Shown: positions 1 through 13,682 of the stretch, one piece after another
Layout: every line of letters begins with the position of its first letter
How positions within the stretch are numbered: position 1 is the stretch's first letter
Source: Octopus sinensis
Taxonomy: Eukaryota
DNA length: 64,000 bases
Reading direction: 5' to 3'
Assembly (NCBI RefSeq): GCF_006345805.1
Contig: NC_043012.1
Location: forward strand, 35,526,001-35,590,000
Notes under the pieces: generated by a model
Database searches by the model: none
What the model was told of the DNA's origin: nothing
Seen by the model: only the letters and a program-made list of their open reading frames with translations
Program-made: the position numbers and the translations under genes

Positions 1-1622
1 CTATAAAAGACTGGTGTATAAGCTTTCACTTTCTCTCTATGTACATCTGTGTGTGTGTGTGTGTGTGTGTGTTCACGATAGATAGTACTAAACAATGTGA
101 GTATTCAACACCTTTTTTGGTGATAAATATTCTTCTCCAAAATGGCTACCAACATTTTTAAGCAGATTGCTTGGAAATTGTGGAAAATCCTTCAAAATGA
201 AACCATCACTAATATTGTGTGTGTGTGTATGTATGTATATATATATATATATATATACCTGTCTCTATATCTATATAGCTAACTATATAATATATATATA
301 TATACCTGTCTCCTGTCTCTGGGGTCTTAAACCCAAACTACAAAGAAAAGACAAACTAGCTTTTCTTGTAGTTATCATTCATTTTCAGAACTAAACAATG
401 TGTAGGGGTGTGTGTGTGTGTGTGTGTGTGTTCACGATAGATAGTACTAAACAATGTGAGTATTCAACACCTTTTTTGGTGATAAATATTCTTCTCCAAA
501 ATGGCTACCAACATTTTTAAGCAGATTGCTTGGAAATTGTGGAAATTCCTTCAAAATGAAACCATCACTAATATTGTGTGTGTGTGTGTATGTATATATA
601 TATATATATACCTGTCTCTATATCTATATAGCTAACTATATAATATATATATATATACCTGTCTCCTGTCTCTGGGGTCTTAAACCCAAACTACAAAGAA
701 AAGACAAACTAGCTTTTCTTGTAGTTATCATTCATTTTCAGAACTAAACAATGTGTAGGGGTGTGTGTGTGTGTGTGTGGAGAGAGAGAGAGAGGAATTG
801 GTATATCTGCATATGTTACACTTGTGTACTTCACCTGACCACCATATATGGAGGAGAAAGCGGATGATATCGTGTCAGAAGCTAAGGGAGATAATTGGGT
901 TACGAAATGTCAATTAGGAATTCTTTTACTTCTTTCAGTCATTTGACTACGGCCATGCTGGAGCACCGCCTTGAAGAAAATAATTTTTTAAAATTATTAT
1001 TTGTTATTTTCTGATAGTACACCAACAATTTCATAAATAATGGGAACGAGGCAGTGAAAATTCGACAGACAAAATCCAAAGAAGAGAATCAGAAAAAAAG
1101 TGGTAAGACTTATAGCAAAAAGGAAACATTTATTTTCAAAAATAACGACACTAAAACAACGATTACTAACATCAATGTATTGTTAATGTGAGCAAAATGA
1201 GTTTCTAAGACTACGTATGGTGTCACAACGATTGTAGCTATGAAAAGAGAATAGAGCTAAGAATAATTATAGAGACAACATGGCAAAGCAATAAAGACAT
1301 GAGAAGAACAACAGAAAAAAACAGGCAAATAATATATAAAGATCTAAAATATAAATACACTAATTATTTGATGAGGCTGGGTAGACAAGATGTACAATTC
1401 TATAAAATACTACATGCACGACATAATATACAATAAATGTGAAGAAAAATTCATAAAATTAGGTAAATATATAAGGAGAGGTGAGTTCTAACGTTACACA
1501 GCTATAGCTTCTTTAATGAACTTGTCTCATTTTACAAATCTTATTAACAGGGTTTTTATTTTTTCATTGTAACCGACAATTATTAGCTCCGACAGTCTTA
1601 AATTAATACTTTTATATATATA

Positions 1623-2534
1623 CTAGAAGTATCGCCTGGCATTGCTCGGGTTTGTTTCAACCCTTTAGAATTGGAATTTTTGAAAAGTAAAAAATTTTGC
1701 ATTATGTAGCTTGTTATTCTCTCTAAGTGAACATTTTTCTGGTTGAAATACACCGAAAAATGGTGACACAGCTGTCAAAAAATCGTAAAATATAGAGATT
1801 ACCATAGACAAAAAGCACCTTTTTGATGTAAATAATTTTTGGTGTTAACATGGTCCGATTTGAATTTTATCTTCTACAGAATGAAGAGCAAGCCTTCTAT
1901 CATACTCTTAATTTTGGTCAACTTGCACCACAGGGTCTTGGAATAAATAGTGTTGGTTGAAGGCTACCAAACCTGCCACACATAGACAACTTCAGCTTTA
2001 TATATACAGATTAAGAGCACTTCCTGTTCGATTTTTGAGACGATTCGGTCTGCAAAATAATTCTCTCATTTTGAGCTATTTTTTGACTCCATTTTCAACT
2101 GAGAACTCCTTAAAAACTGTTAGAATTTGCATTTTTCAAGCTATAGAATTCAAACTTGCTCCAATCGATTCAGGAAATTTTTCATTATATATGTTCATAT
2201 TTTGTTTTTTGAAAAACTAAAAAATTGAACGCGTTTTCGCCCCATTTTTCCGTTGCATCCACGCAAATATGCGCACAGTCACACGTAGAATCCAACATGT
2301 TGCATGAACACAACTCAAGGCAATAGCGTATGACATCCATTCACTCGCAGAAAATGCATTGTTTCGGGCCTTTGTTATCGAGAAAGAGACTTGAAACTGA
2401 CTCTGGCCGTAACTACATCACGCCTTCTATAGGTGTGTAAATTTTCAGCTCGATCCTAGTACCTCTAGTGCTATTGAATCCTTACCAAAGCCAAAGTGTG
2501 CAAGTTTTATTCCTCTTTTATATAGGTAGATAGA
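1623..2534 (-). mobile_element. Non-autonomous Helitron (composite)
   Basis: Minus strand reads A|TCTATC... at 2534 to ...CCCGAGCAATGCCAGG-CGATACTT-CTAG|T at 1623: 5' TC, degenerate subterminal hairpin, 3' CTAG, A/T insertion site, no TSD. Confidence 0.7.
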
Positions 2535-3644
2535 TAATGGCTGTCCACTTGTGACTGAGGAAGACAATCTAAAGTTTTGCACAGGAATTGCCAACATTTT
2601 GAATAGCCTGCTTCATCTCTAACTTTACTACACTTTTAAATTTTACCTTTTGTGTATGTGTGTCTATGTATATATATATATAGGAAATGTAGTGGGGCTA
2701 GGAAGAGATACAAAAAAGAAAGAATACCATGAAGAAGCACCCAGAAACTTTTACAGTAAGGATAAAGAAATACCACCAGGCATAATGCAGGGGAACCTTT
2801 TACCAAAGTGTGGGTGGGTAACTGAAGACTGAACTCTTTAGCAAGACAGAGAAAGAGAAAGTGAGAAAGAGAGTAACATGCAGAAATACACACACACACT
2901 CACACATGTGTGTGTATGGAAATATACATTATATGAAATATATATATATTACATAACATATATATAATCTAATTTATATATATGTATACACACACACACG
3001 AATCGATACTTACATACATACACAAAGAAACATGGAACATGTGCAGACAGTTTTAGAGGAAAGTTGAATTAGAAATTTACCGTTTCAATTGAAAATTCAT
3101 GATTTATTTATCATTATTATAATTATTATTAATAATAATAATAATAATGGTTTCAAATTTTGGCACAAGGCCAGCAATTTGGGGGAGGGGTAAGTCAATT
3201 AGATTGACCCCCACGTATTTTATTGACTCTGAAAGGATCAAAGGTAAAGTTGACATTGGTAGGATTTGAACACAGAATGCAAAGTACCAGAAGAACTGCC
3301 ACTAAGCATTTTTGCCTGACATGCTAACGATTCTGCCAGCTTCCTACCATAATAATAACACTTTCTAATTTCAGCCCAAGGCTAGTAAATTTGAAGGGAG
3401 GACAAAGGTTAATTACATCGACTCCAGTACATGATTGGGACTTTATTTAATTGATCCTAAAAGGATGAAAGGCAAAAACAGATCAAGGCAAGATTTGAAC
3501 TCAGAATGCTGGAGGAACGGGAGAGATGCTGCTAAGCACTCTTTTGGTTGGCATTCCAATGAAACTGCAGAGTCACAGTCTTTATAGAGAATTTGCCAAA
3601 ATAAATTGTCTCAACACAGAGAAGTGAAAGTATGATGATGATGA

Positions 3645-3968
3645 TGGGCACGTAAAAAGCGCCATTCGAGTATGGTCGTTGCCAGTGCTGCCTGACTGGC
3701 TCCCATGCCGGTGGCACATAATAAGCACTATTCAAGCATGGTCAATGCCAGTCCGCCACCTGACTAGCTCTCGTGCCAGTGACATGTAAAAAAGCACCCA
3801 CTACACTCTGGTAGTGGTTGGCATTAGGAAGGGCATCCAGCTGTAGAAATCTTACCAGATCAGATTGGAGCCTGGCACAGCCTCCTGGTTTGCCAGTCCC
3901 CAGCGAAACCGTCCAACCCATGCTAGCATGAGAAGTGGACATTAAACGATGATGATGATGATGATGAT
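3645..3968 (+). mobile_element. RTE LINE 3' end with (GAT)n tail; further copies at ~6420-6830, 7510-7965, 10015-10332, 15555-15840, 21076-21280, 24335-24452, 30290-30640, 33740-33960 (+) and 29120-29290, 49230-49440, 50645-50910, 63130-63510 (-)
   Basis: Shared core GAGTGGTTGGCATTAGGAAGGGCATCCAGCTGTAGAAA...CCAACCCATGCTAGCATGGAAAGCGGACGTTAAA(CGAT)n, preceded by ~70-bp tandem units. Linked to RTE ORF2 in the 21291-22060 copy. Confidence 0.8.
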
Positions 3969-3986
3969 AAAGGAGGCAGGCAGGCA

Positions 3987-4203
3987 TTAACCCTTTTGTT
4001 ACCATATTTCTGCTGAGATATGCTGTTGTTATTTGAATTAGTTTTTGAAACAATAAAGAATTTAGTAAAACATACAGATTATTGTTAAACTGATGTTTGT
4101 AACGTAAAGAACACGAAATTTTGATGGAAGGTTTTGAAATTAGATCATTTTAATCTTAGAACCAGGGGCAGCCTGAGGGCAGGTCAGCATCAAAAAGGTT
4201 TAA
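3987..4203. mobile_element. piggyBac-like (TTAA) MITE
   Basis: TTAA-CCCTTTTG ... CAAAAAGGT-TTAA ends. A related internal sequence recurs near 46800-46910. Confidence 0.5.
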
Positions 4204-4849
4204 GGTGAGGGGTTATTTCAAGTGTTTGATAGTAGCAGGTAGAATTCTGCTTTATTCTATTTTAACAATGAAAATTCTAAAATTCTAATTCAACCTTCCA
4301 AACCAAGACAACACCATAAGTATTAAATTAAAAAAACTCAAAGAAATAATTAAAAAACCAAATAAACAAAGAATTAAAGAAATAAAGGTAGACTAATGCC
4401 AATAATAATAACAATAATGATATGGAGTGATAACAAAAGCTATTGTGTTGAACTAACCAGATCATGACCAGCTGTAATTGGTATCTCGTCCCACTGGAAT
4501 GAAAATACAACCACTCCATACGTTTAATTAAGGGAAAACAAACAAACAAACAACAAAGTAGATGACATTCTCAGTTATTATTATTATTATAGATTTTGTT
4601 TGTTTTTTTTCTTCTTTTTTGTATGTTGAAAGACTTTGAAAAACAGACAATAATAATTACAGCTTGTATGGGTATGAAGTTTGCTTCCCAACCACAGGGT
4701 TTCAAGTTCAGTCCCACTGCATGGCACCTCGGGCAAATGTCTTCTATTACAGCCCTGGGCTGACTAATGCCTTCCGAGTGAATTTTGTAGATGGAAATGT
4801 GCACGGGTGTGTGTATATATGTCTGTGTGTGTGCCTGTGAGAGAGAGGG

Positions 4850-4968
<119 letters not shown>

Positions 4969-5249
4969 CTGCATTCCTCCAAAAATCACTCAGCCATAGA
5001 CAGTGACATTGATGTCGCACCCACCTGTCCATGGGCCGTCTGCTCACTTTGCATCTTCGAAGACTTAAGAATAAGGTATGGACCTTGTTAGAAAGACAGT
5101 TAAGGGTTAGCCATAGGAAGGGTATCTCACAGCACTTCAATAATACATTCATCTAACCCATGTTAGCATAGGTAAATGGAAGTAAAAATCAAATGAATTT
5201 CAACAAACAAATGATAAATAAATCCAAGAAAGTAAAACATGTGACTTAC

Positions 5250-5390
5250 TTTGCATAAATCTGAATATTGCTTTTTCTGAAAGTTGGTTGAGGTGGTGCC
5301 AGAGTAGAGCTCCACGTAACCCAGAACGATTGTGAACGCTGTGTTGTGGATTGCACTGGTGTAGTGCATGTGTAACTGGTCCATGGCAAC
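5250..5390 (-). CDS. VPS50: VPS50 coding exon 9 ([31 protein letters not shown]...QYSDLCK); gene continues beyond the left edge
   Basis: 141 bp, phase 0/0, CAG/GTAAGT. Similar to [28 protein letters not shown]. No further exon found in 1-5249. Confidence 0.96.
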
Positions 5391-7094
5391 CTGTGGGAAT
5401 AATCACAGAAGAGAGGGTCACCTGACAGGTAAACTGCATCACATGATAGCACGGAGAGACGGGATTGGAGGTTCGAGGATAGCTATCATCATCATTAACA
5501 CCAACATGGTAATGATGACGACGATGAGGATGCTGATGAAGATGGAAATGACGATGATGAAAATAATGGTGATGATGATGATTAGAGTAGATGATGATGG
5601 TATTGGTGTCAATGGTGTAGCAAATGATGATGATGAGGGTAGCGAACATGATGGTAATGGTGGTTCTCGTCACTAAAACTATGCAATCCACCCACGAAAT
5701 ACAGGTCAGTGCCTTATATCATGGCACCACGATATTACAGAGAAGAGTGCTGCAGTTTGCTTGAAGAATTGTGAAATATATAGAAAACAACAAAAAGGGT
5801 GTCCTTGAAGAAGGTTGTAGCCTTGCATCTGGAAGATTAAATATCAATAACAATGAAGATAACGAAGTGTTTTCTTACAAATTGATACGTTTTGATATTT
5901 CAGGTAAAATAACCATTTACAAAGGTACGAAGAAAACAAAAATGTGAAAATACCTGCCTGCCTAGGTTGGAATGTCAGTATACAAACCTAAACAGGTGTA
6001 TATTTTCTGGTTCAAAGTCGGTGTCTTGCAGAGTTATATGCAATAACACAATAGACGAAACGGTGTATTACCATTCCGGTATAGAAGAGATACACTGTAT
6101 CCGATACCAAGAGAATATCGTGGCTACTAGTGGAGGATACAACAGTGGCCACACATTCTAAGTGTAGGAAACACTACATCATAACATTTACCATTACTAA
6201 TACCATCCTCAGTTAGCACTACTGCTGCTAGAACCACTACTATCATCAACACTAACATCACTACCACCACCACAGCCAATACTGCTTTTATAACCACCAC
6301 CAATATCATCAATACTACCATTACCATCACTACAACCTTCAGCACTTTTGCCAACATTATTCCCAATGCCACCTCCACCACCACCACAAATAATTAGTAC
6401 CATTTAGTACTTTTATCCGAGCATGATCGTTGCCAGAGCAACTGACTGGTTTCCGTGCCTGTGGCACATAAAAAGCACCATTCAAGCGTGATCGTTACCA
6501 GTGTCGCCTTACAGGCACATGTGTCAGTGGCATGTGAAAATAGTCAAGTCAGGTCGTTGCCAGTGCTGCTGGACTAGCTCCTGTGCAGGTGGCACATAAA
6601 AAACACCATTTGAGCATGGTCGTTGCCAGTACCGCCTGACTGGCCATCGTGCCGGTGGCACGTAAAAGCACCCACTACACTCTCGGAGTGGTTGGCATTA
6701 GGAAGGGCATCCAGCCGTAGAAACTCTGCCATATCAGATTGGAGCCTGGTGTAGCCATCTGGTTTGCCAGTCCTAAATCAAATCATCCAACCCATGCCAG
6801 CATGGAAAGCGGACATTAATTGACAATAATGATGATCACCACACTCAAACTAATATTGGCATCATCACACTCTACACCATCACAGTCAGGTTCTAGCATT
6901 ATCACCACCACCACCATCAATAATATTCTCATCACCACTGCCACCAATACTACTATTGCTACAACCATACTACCATCACTACTACCACTGCTACCATTAG
7001 TATAGAATTGGCACCATCACACTCCACACTATAACTAGTAATGCTGCCACCACCACCACCACATCGTTAGTTATATCCAGGGTTCAGTCCTTAC

Positions 7095-7319
7095 CTGTGT
7101 CTTACCCAGAAGTCTGTAGGCCGTCTGGACCTTGCTGTAGTGAGCAACATCAAAACTGTTGCAGGTCTTTGACAATGCTACGTCTAGTTGTTCTTCGATG
7201 AGTTCCAAAGTGTCTTGGAGTTTGAAGTTCAGTTCACTGATACAATGGTAATGTCTGAAGGTACTGGCAGCATTTTGGCACTCTAGACATAACTGGATGG
7301 CACCGCTATAGTCTTCTTC
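7095..7319 (-). CDS. VPS50: VPS50 coding exon 8 ([15 protein letters not shown]...AYRLLGKTQ)
   Basis: 225 bp, phase 0/0, CAG/GTAAGG. Nearly identical to the conserved [39 protein letters not shown] segment. Confidence 0.97.
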
Positions 7320-8882
7320 CTGTGGAGAGAGAGAGAAATGATGAGATGAGGAGACAGATATATTAAGAGATGGCCCAATATGTGTGAGTGTGTGTGTAAA
7401 ATTTGCTCTTACCATTTATTTATCAGTGAATTACTACTACTACTACTGATGATAATAATAATAATATATGCAGTATTCCCAAGTTTCCAGTGTTTAATGA
7501 TTATGGCCGATGAGAGTACCGCCTGGTTGGCACTCATGATAGTGGAACGTTAAAAGCACATCCGAGCGTGATCATTGCCAGGCGTGCAGATTGGCTCCCA
7601 TGCCAGTGGCACGTAAAAAAAAGACCATCCGTGTGTGATGGCTGCTAGCATGGCCTTACCTGCACATGTGTCGGTGGTGCGTGAAAACCAGCATTCAAGC
7701 ATGGTTGTTGCCAATGCTGCCTGACTGGCTCCCATGCAGGTAACACATAAAAAACATTTTTTGAGCATGGTCGTTGCCAGAACCACCTGACTGGCCCTCA
7801 TGCTGGAGCCACATAGAAGTACCCACTACACTCTTGGAGTGGTTGGTGTAGAAACTTTGCCAGATCAGATTGGAGCCTGGTGTAGCCTTCTGGCTCGCCA
7901 GTCCTCAGTCAAACCGTCCAACCCATGCCAGCATAGAAAGCGGACGTTAAACAACGATGATGACAATGATGTAAATTTATACAACAGATTTTCACACATT
8001 CAACAAAACCATCTTTTCTTTTGTAGGGTGAGTGTGTATTTAAGCAAAACACCTTTATCGTGTCCACCCAATCCTTTTTGTAACTTTAAAATCAATGCTG
8101 CTCTTTTAGCCAAGACAGGCAAAAAAGATATGAGCTATGCATGCCTCATTGCAGGTTATCCATCTTAGAGAGCAGTAATATCAAATAGGAATTGATGAGG
8201 AGTAGAAAGGAGCCTTTAGTCTAGCCACAGAGAACTTTTCTAGGGCTCACAGCACAATAAAATGCAATTCGTCCTAAACACATAAACATCAACAAAGCCA
8301 AATAGTTTATTTTCTGAGGCTGAGTACAAACCACACACACACAAGAATGACACATCCTCCTCATCATCAACATCATCATCATCGTCGTTTTAGCATCTGT
8401 GTTTTCTACAGTTGGATGACCTTCCTCTCACCAACACTCGTTTCCAAGAGTGGTAAGAATCTCCCAGTCTATTGAACAACTGACAGACTGATATGGTTAA
8501 GCAGAGAACCGGAAGCAAGTAACAAGCTCAGTAAGCCATTGTTTAGAAACGAGTCAAAGTGAAGGAAATACAAACTCACACATTCACACACACAATTAAT
8601 CAACAGACAGATACAAACACAGACATGATGGGCTTCTTTCATGTGTAATTGGTCTTATCCCGTTATCCCTATTTCAAATAATAAGCTCACCCCACCCCTT
8701 CTACCCAGGTCAGCGGACTATCTTTACAATGACCACAGTCAACAATCACACTCTCCTAGATACTGACCTTCTTTCATATCCCTTAATTAGTAAATGGACT
8801 AGTCCTACCCATCCACCCCATAGTAGGCTAGTTGGGCAGTCCCACAAGCTGTAGATCAGTCAGGCAACGGAAAGTGACTTAC

Positions 8883-8918
8883 CTCTAACATTTCACGCAA
8901 CCTTAAGTCAGTTCTTTG
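8883..8918 (-). CDS. VPS50: VPS50 coding exon 7 (QRTDLRLREMLE)
   Basis: 36 bp, strong pyrimidine tract with CAG, GTAAGT donor. Similar to QRTDVRLSEMLE. Confidence 0.93.
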
Positions 8919-11607
8919 CTGTGAAAGAGAAAGAAATAGGGTGTCTTAATTAGAACCTGTTTAAATACAAAGGGAGTAGGGACCAGAGGTTTACCAGGGG
9001 TAGAGCAAGAGAGATGTAATTTTTTTTTTTTGAAATCTTTATTTTTATTTTATTACATACATAAAATGTTATGACTGTAACACATAATAAAAAAACACAT
9101 TAAAACAAAACCAAAGAAAATACAAACATGAGTGAAAAAAGAAAGAAAAAAGATATTAGCTTTCATATTTTTCATATTTCAAACCAGAAGATCAATTGTG
9201 GAAAGAGGTTAATCTTTATATTTCAGAATGCCACCCAACAGATGAAGAAGAAAGGTGAGTTCTTTCATATTTCAAAGCTAGATCCCAACCATGAAATGGT
9301 GTTTTTATGCTTCAGCTGTAAAAAGCAAGGTTTTGAGATTTCAGAATATGGCCCCACCACAAAGAGAAATCTGTTCTGAGGCTTCAGAGTGGGACCTTTC
9401 CTAAAAGAACTGACTGGTGTGTTGGAATTTTCTAGTTTAAGGGTTTTGTCGGTTGGTTTCTTATACCCATGCTCCCTGCCACTAATGTGTGTGAGGGGAC
9501 CCCTGTTGGTTGCCACTCAATTGATACCTTTTCTATTATTAATGACACAAGCTAACGAAGGAACTTCTACACAATTACTCAAATCACTTCCAAAAGAAAC
9601 TAAGAGGTCACACTGTAATCTTGGTTACTCTATCGCTGGAAAAAAATAAGGGACACTGATGGCTGGTTTACTCAATCTGGGCTGAACAAGGGTTTAAAAC
9701 AACAACAGCAACCACCACAAACCATTCAGATAGTGCAACGATTGTAATAACCAACGGGTTAGTAATCCAGCATGTTAAACTAGTTTAGGATGGTTCAAAT
9801 GCCATCACCACCCACCCAATTAAAGGTGAACTAGTAAAATTAAAAACAAATGTGGCAAAGTGTTTTTAACACTAGCAAAGTCATATTTGATTTTTGTCTT
9901 CCCAGAAGATTAATATTAACTAGTTTTAATTTTTTGAGGAGACCAGTTCTTGGGGAGACCTATTGGGTTAATTACATCAACATCAAAATAAAAATTCAAA
10001 TGGAAATTGTAGTTAAGACACCCGTGCCGGTGACGCGTAAAAAAGCACCGTCCGAACATGCCAGCGCCGTCTGATTGGCATCTGTGTCGGTGACACTTAA
10101 AAGCACCAACCGATCATGGCCGTTTGCCAGCCTGTTCTGGCCTTTGTGCCGGTGGCATGTAAAAAAAACACCCACTACACTCACGGAGTGGTTGGCGTTA
10201 GGAAGGGCATCCAGCTGTAGAAACATTGCCAAATCAGACTAGAGCCTGGTGCAGCCTCCATGGCTTACCAGACCCCGGTCGAACCGTCCAACCCATGCTA
10301 GCATGGAAAACAGACGTTAAATGATGATGATGAATTATTACAATTTTATTTTATGGAAAAAAAAAAGGTTTACTGTTTAATCAACTAAATTTTGTTGTTT
10401 GGGTGAGCTGCAGGTTTGAGTAAGTAAAAGGATTCCAGGTTAAACAGAAACAGCAGAATAAATTTCCAGAACATCAGGGTTTGTAATATGCAAGAATTGT
10501 GGACATGCTGAAAACTAACAATCTCAGGAATAAATCTATTTAGAAATTGCAATAAATTCTTTCCTTTATCCTTTTTCACAGATCAATTCTACCAATAAAC
10601 AGAACCAAAAGTTAAACAGATTTAAAGCTGCACAACTACTTCGTCTTTTATCTTTTGCTGGCTTCAGTCATTGGACTGCGGCCCTTACTGGATAAACTGA
10701 CACCAGGACTTACTTTCGTTTTTTAAGCCTGCTACTTATTCTATTGGGGTCTCTTTTGCCGAACCACTAAGTTACGGGGGATGTGAACACACCAACACCA
10801 GCTGTCAAATCGTGATGGAGGACAAGCACAAACGCAAACATTTTTTTTCTTTTTCCTTTATTTATTTTAGTCATTTTGACTGCAGCCATGCTGGAGCACC
10901 AGCTTTAGTCAAACTTATTGACCCCAGGACTTGTTCTTTGTAAGCCTAGTACTTGTTCTATTGGTCTCTTTTGCCAAACTACTAAGTTAAGGGACAACAT
11001 TGGTTGTCAAGCAATGGTGGTGGGGGGACAAACACACACACAGACACACATATATATATATAAACACACACACACATATATATACATACATACATATATA
11101 TATTTATGACGGGCTTCTTTCAGCTTCCATCTACCAAATCCACTGACAAGGCTTTGGTTGGCCCAAGGCTATAGTAGGTGCCATGCAGTGGGAATGAATT
11201 CAGAACCATGTAGTTGGGAAGCAAGCTTCTTACCACACACCCACGCCTATATATATATATACACACACACATGATGGGTTTCTTTCAGTTTCCATCAATC
11301 AAATCCACTTACAAGGTTTTGGTTGGTGTGAGGGTACGGTAGAAGACACTTGCCCAAAGTGTGATGTAGTGGGACTGAACCTGGAACCATGGGGTTAGGA
11401 AGCAAACTTACCAGACAGCCATGCTTGTGTGTGTATCCATGGGTCAGGCAGAATTCAGTGAGTCACATTACCTGTGGTCAAACACCCTTCCTCTCACCAG
11501 CCCTCACCAGTTTCCATATAAGGTAATATTGCCCTACGGCCAGACATGTTTATACAGAAAATTGAAATAATAAAATAAAATGAAAGAAAATATGTGAAAT
11601 GACTTAC

Positions 11608-11725
11608 CAATGTTTTGATTGTGTGTAGAGACTTAAGTAACGACATTAGTTGGCTTCGTTTACGGTAATTTGCCAATAAGCCAAGACTTGTTGCAGTGAA
11701 ACTCTCTCTGGCTTTCAGTAGTTGG
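11608..11725 (-). CDS. VPS50: VPS50 coding exon 6 (SQLLKARESFTATSLGLLANYRKRSQLMSLLKSLHTIKTL)
   Basis: 118 bp, phase 2/0, CAG/GTAAGT. Contains the SLGLLAN.RKR..L..LLKSL.TIKTL motif. Confidence 0.95.
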
Positions 11726-12867
11726 CTGTTAACGATAATTGGTTTAGAGACACACTGATTAAATATGATCAAACATAACAACAGAAGCAATAGAAGGCAA
11801 ACACTACTACCACCACCTACACAAACCGGCTGCAGGTGGGTGTCCCTGTACGGTCATTTCACCTGTCTTTAGTGGAAGGACACAGTGAATGATTCCTCAA
11901 CATCATTTAATGTCCACTTTTCACACTTGTAAGGGTCAGACAGAAATTTGTTGAGGCAGATTTTCTGTGACTGGATGCCCTTCCTGTTGCCAACCTTCAC
12001 CCATTTCCAAGCAAATTAATATTTTCTGATTCCTGGACAGGTTTCCATGGAACATTGAAAATAAAGGGTTTGATTTGTAGGGTCGTAATGCTCATTTCAA
12101 AGTACCACATGCTGTCAAGACAAGACACATGCATGCATATATGATAGGCTTCTTTCAGTTTCCATCAACCATAGCTATTCAAAAGGCTTTCATTGAACTG
12201 GGGCTGTAGTAGAACACACTTTCCCAGGGTGCCTTGCAGTAGGGCTGAACTCCAAAACCACGAGTTGTAAACCTAAATTCTCAACCCCCCACAACAATAC
12301 CCACACTTCATATTTCACAATATTGTCTTAAAAAGCAAAGTCAATGCATTAAATAATGCAGTCCTTTATATATGTTATCTATAAAGGATGGTCATGACTG
12401 GATTGTTTTGATCACAAGTTTGGTGGATCAGAACAGACCTAGGGCTAAACAGACTGATGCTGGCAGTTATGTCCACATTAGAACTGATGACCCAGAGGAG
12501 TACTGGATCAATATGGTATCTATAAGGTTGTGTGACTTCTACACAGGTAGAAAGAGGGTTCCCTGGGTGTGAACACAATGGCAGTCAGTCAGAGGTGAAC
12601 TCCTAAACCTTGGGTTAGCACCTCTGCACATTAATCTCTCTCTCTCTCTCTCTTTATATCTCAACATGCAGCATTCACATTGCTAGGAATTGAACCCAGA
12701 TCACCGATATAGCCATAGCAAACTGCAGCAGAAACACCAACAGTGTACATGTGAGAGAGGTAAACAACAATGGCTGGGAAGGGAGAAGAAAATGAGAGGA
12801 AGAAGAGATAGCAGAAAGACAGAGGGTGAGAAAGAGAATGAGAGAAATGAAAAAAAAAACAGCTTAC

Positions 12868-12992
12868 CTTCGTCCTGTGGTACATATCCCACCTGCTGAT
12901 TGCAAGGTTTTCTGTAATTCCATGACACGTTGTAGTTCTGTGACATAGGCAGGGTGGTTCTGCAGTACCAATTCATAAACCTTCCTTGACAC
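12868..12992 (-). CDS. VPS50: VPS50 coding exon 5 (VSRKVYELVLQNHPAYVTELQRVMELQKTLQSAGGICTTGR)
   Basis: 125 bp, CAG/GTAAGC, phase 0/2. Similar to [23 protein letters not shown]. Not in the reading frame shown by the ORF track. Confidence 0.93.
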
Positions 12993-13610
12993 CTGAGGTA
13001 CATAGAAAATATAACGAGCTTAATGATATGTCTTCCTAACATCAACACCTGTATTGGCAGACAACAGTTACCTATCCTAATTACAGGTATTCCTTCATTC
13101 GCACCTTGACCTCCTTCTTTGACACTTCTTTTAGTAGACAATACAGAGAATTTTCTTTATCACTGTTTCTCCTTCCATCGCACACCTGGACAGGTAGGCA
13201 ACCATATTAAATATATTTTCTCTTATAACACCTGTGCTGTTAGACAATATAATGAACTGTCTTAATTACATCTCCTCTTGTCATAACACATGTGGGTACT
13301 AGATGACACAGTGAACAATCTCAATAACAGACCCTCCTGCCATGACCACTGTGCTGAGAGTCAATACAAGGAACTGCCCTTCTTTAACACTCCAGTCATA
13401 ACAGAAACTAGACTGAACTATTTTTAGTACTCAAAGTGAATGTTAAGACACATTCCCCAGCAGTTAGGGGACACACTGGCCCCAAATTGATGATAAGATG
13501 CAATGTCAGAGACATTCTCTCTCTCTTATTTTATAAGTTGATATAAGGAAATGCAGAGGGGACAGCAATTCCCTAAACACACACACACATCAAAATCAGT
13601 TTTAACTTAC

Positions 13611-13682
13611 CACATCCAGTTGACCCCTTAATCTTGCTCTGTCGGCATCAATCTGGCTTAGTTCTAATGTCTCAGGTAATTT
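13611..13682 (-). CDS. VPS50: VPS50 coding exon 4 (KLPETLELSQIDADRARLRGQLDV)
   Basis: 72 bp, CAG/GTAAGT, phase 0/0. Similar to [21 protein letters not shown]. Confidence 0.92.

Noticed and set aside
167-747. Two near-identical 73-75 aa ORFs
   Set aside because: By-product of the tandem duplication; they start at TTG and are encoded partly by microsatellite.
5200-5691. His/Ile-rich and Asp/Met-rich ORFs overlapping VPS50 exon 9
   Set aside because: Products of a (GAT)n trinucleotide tract. The same applies to (ACC)n ORFs at 6127-6403 and 6820-7005.
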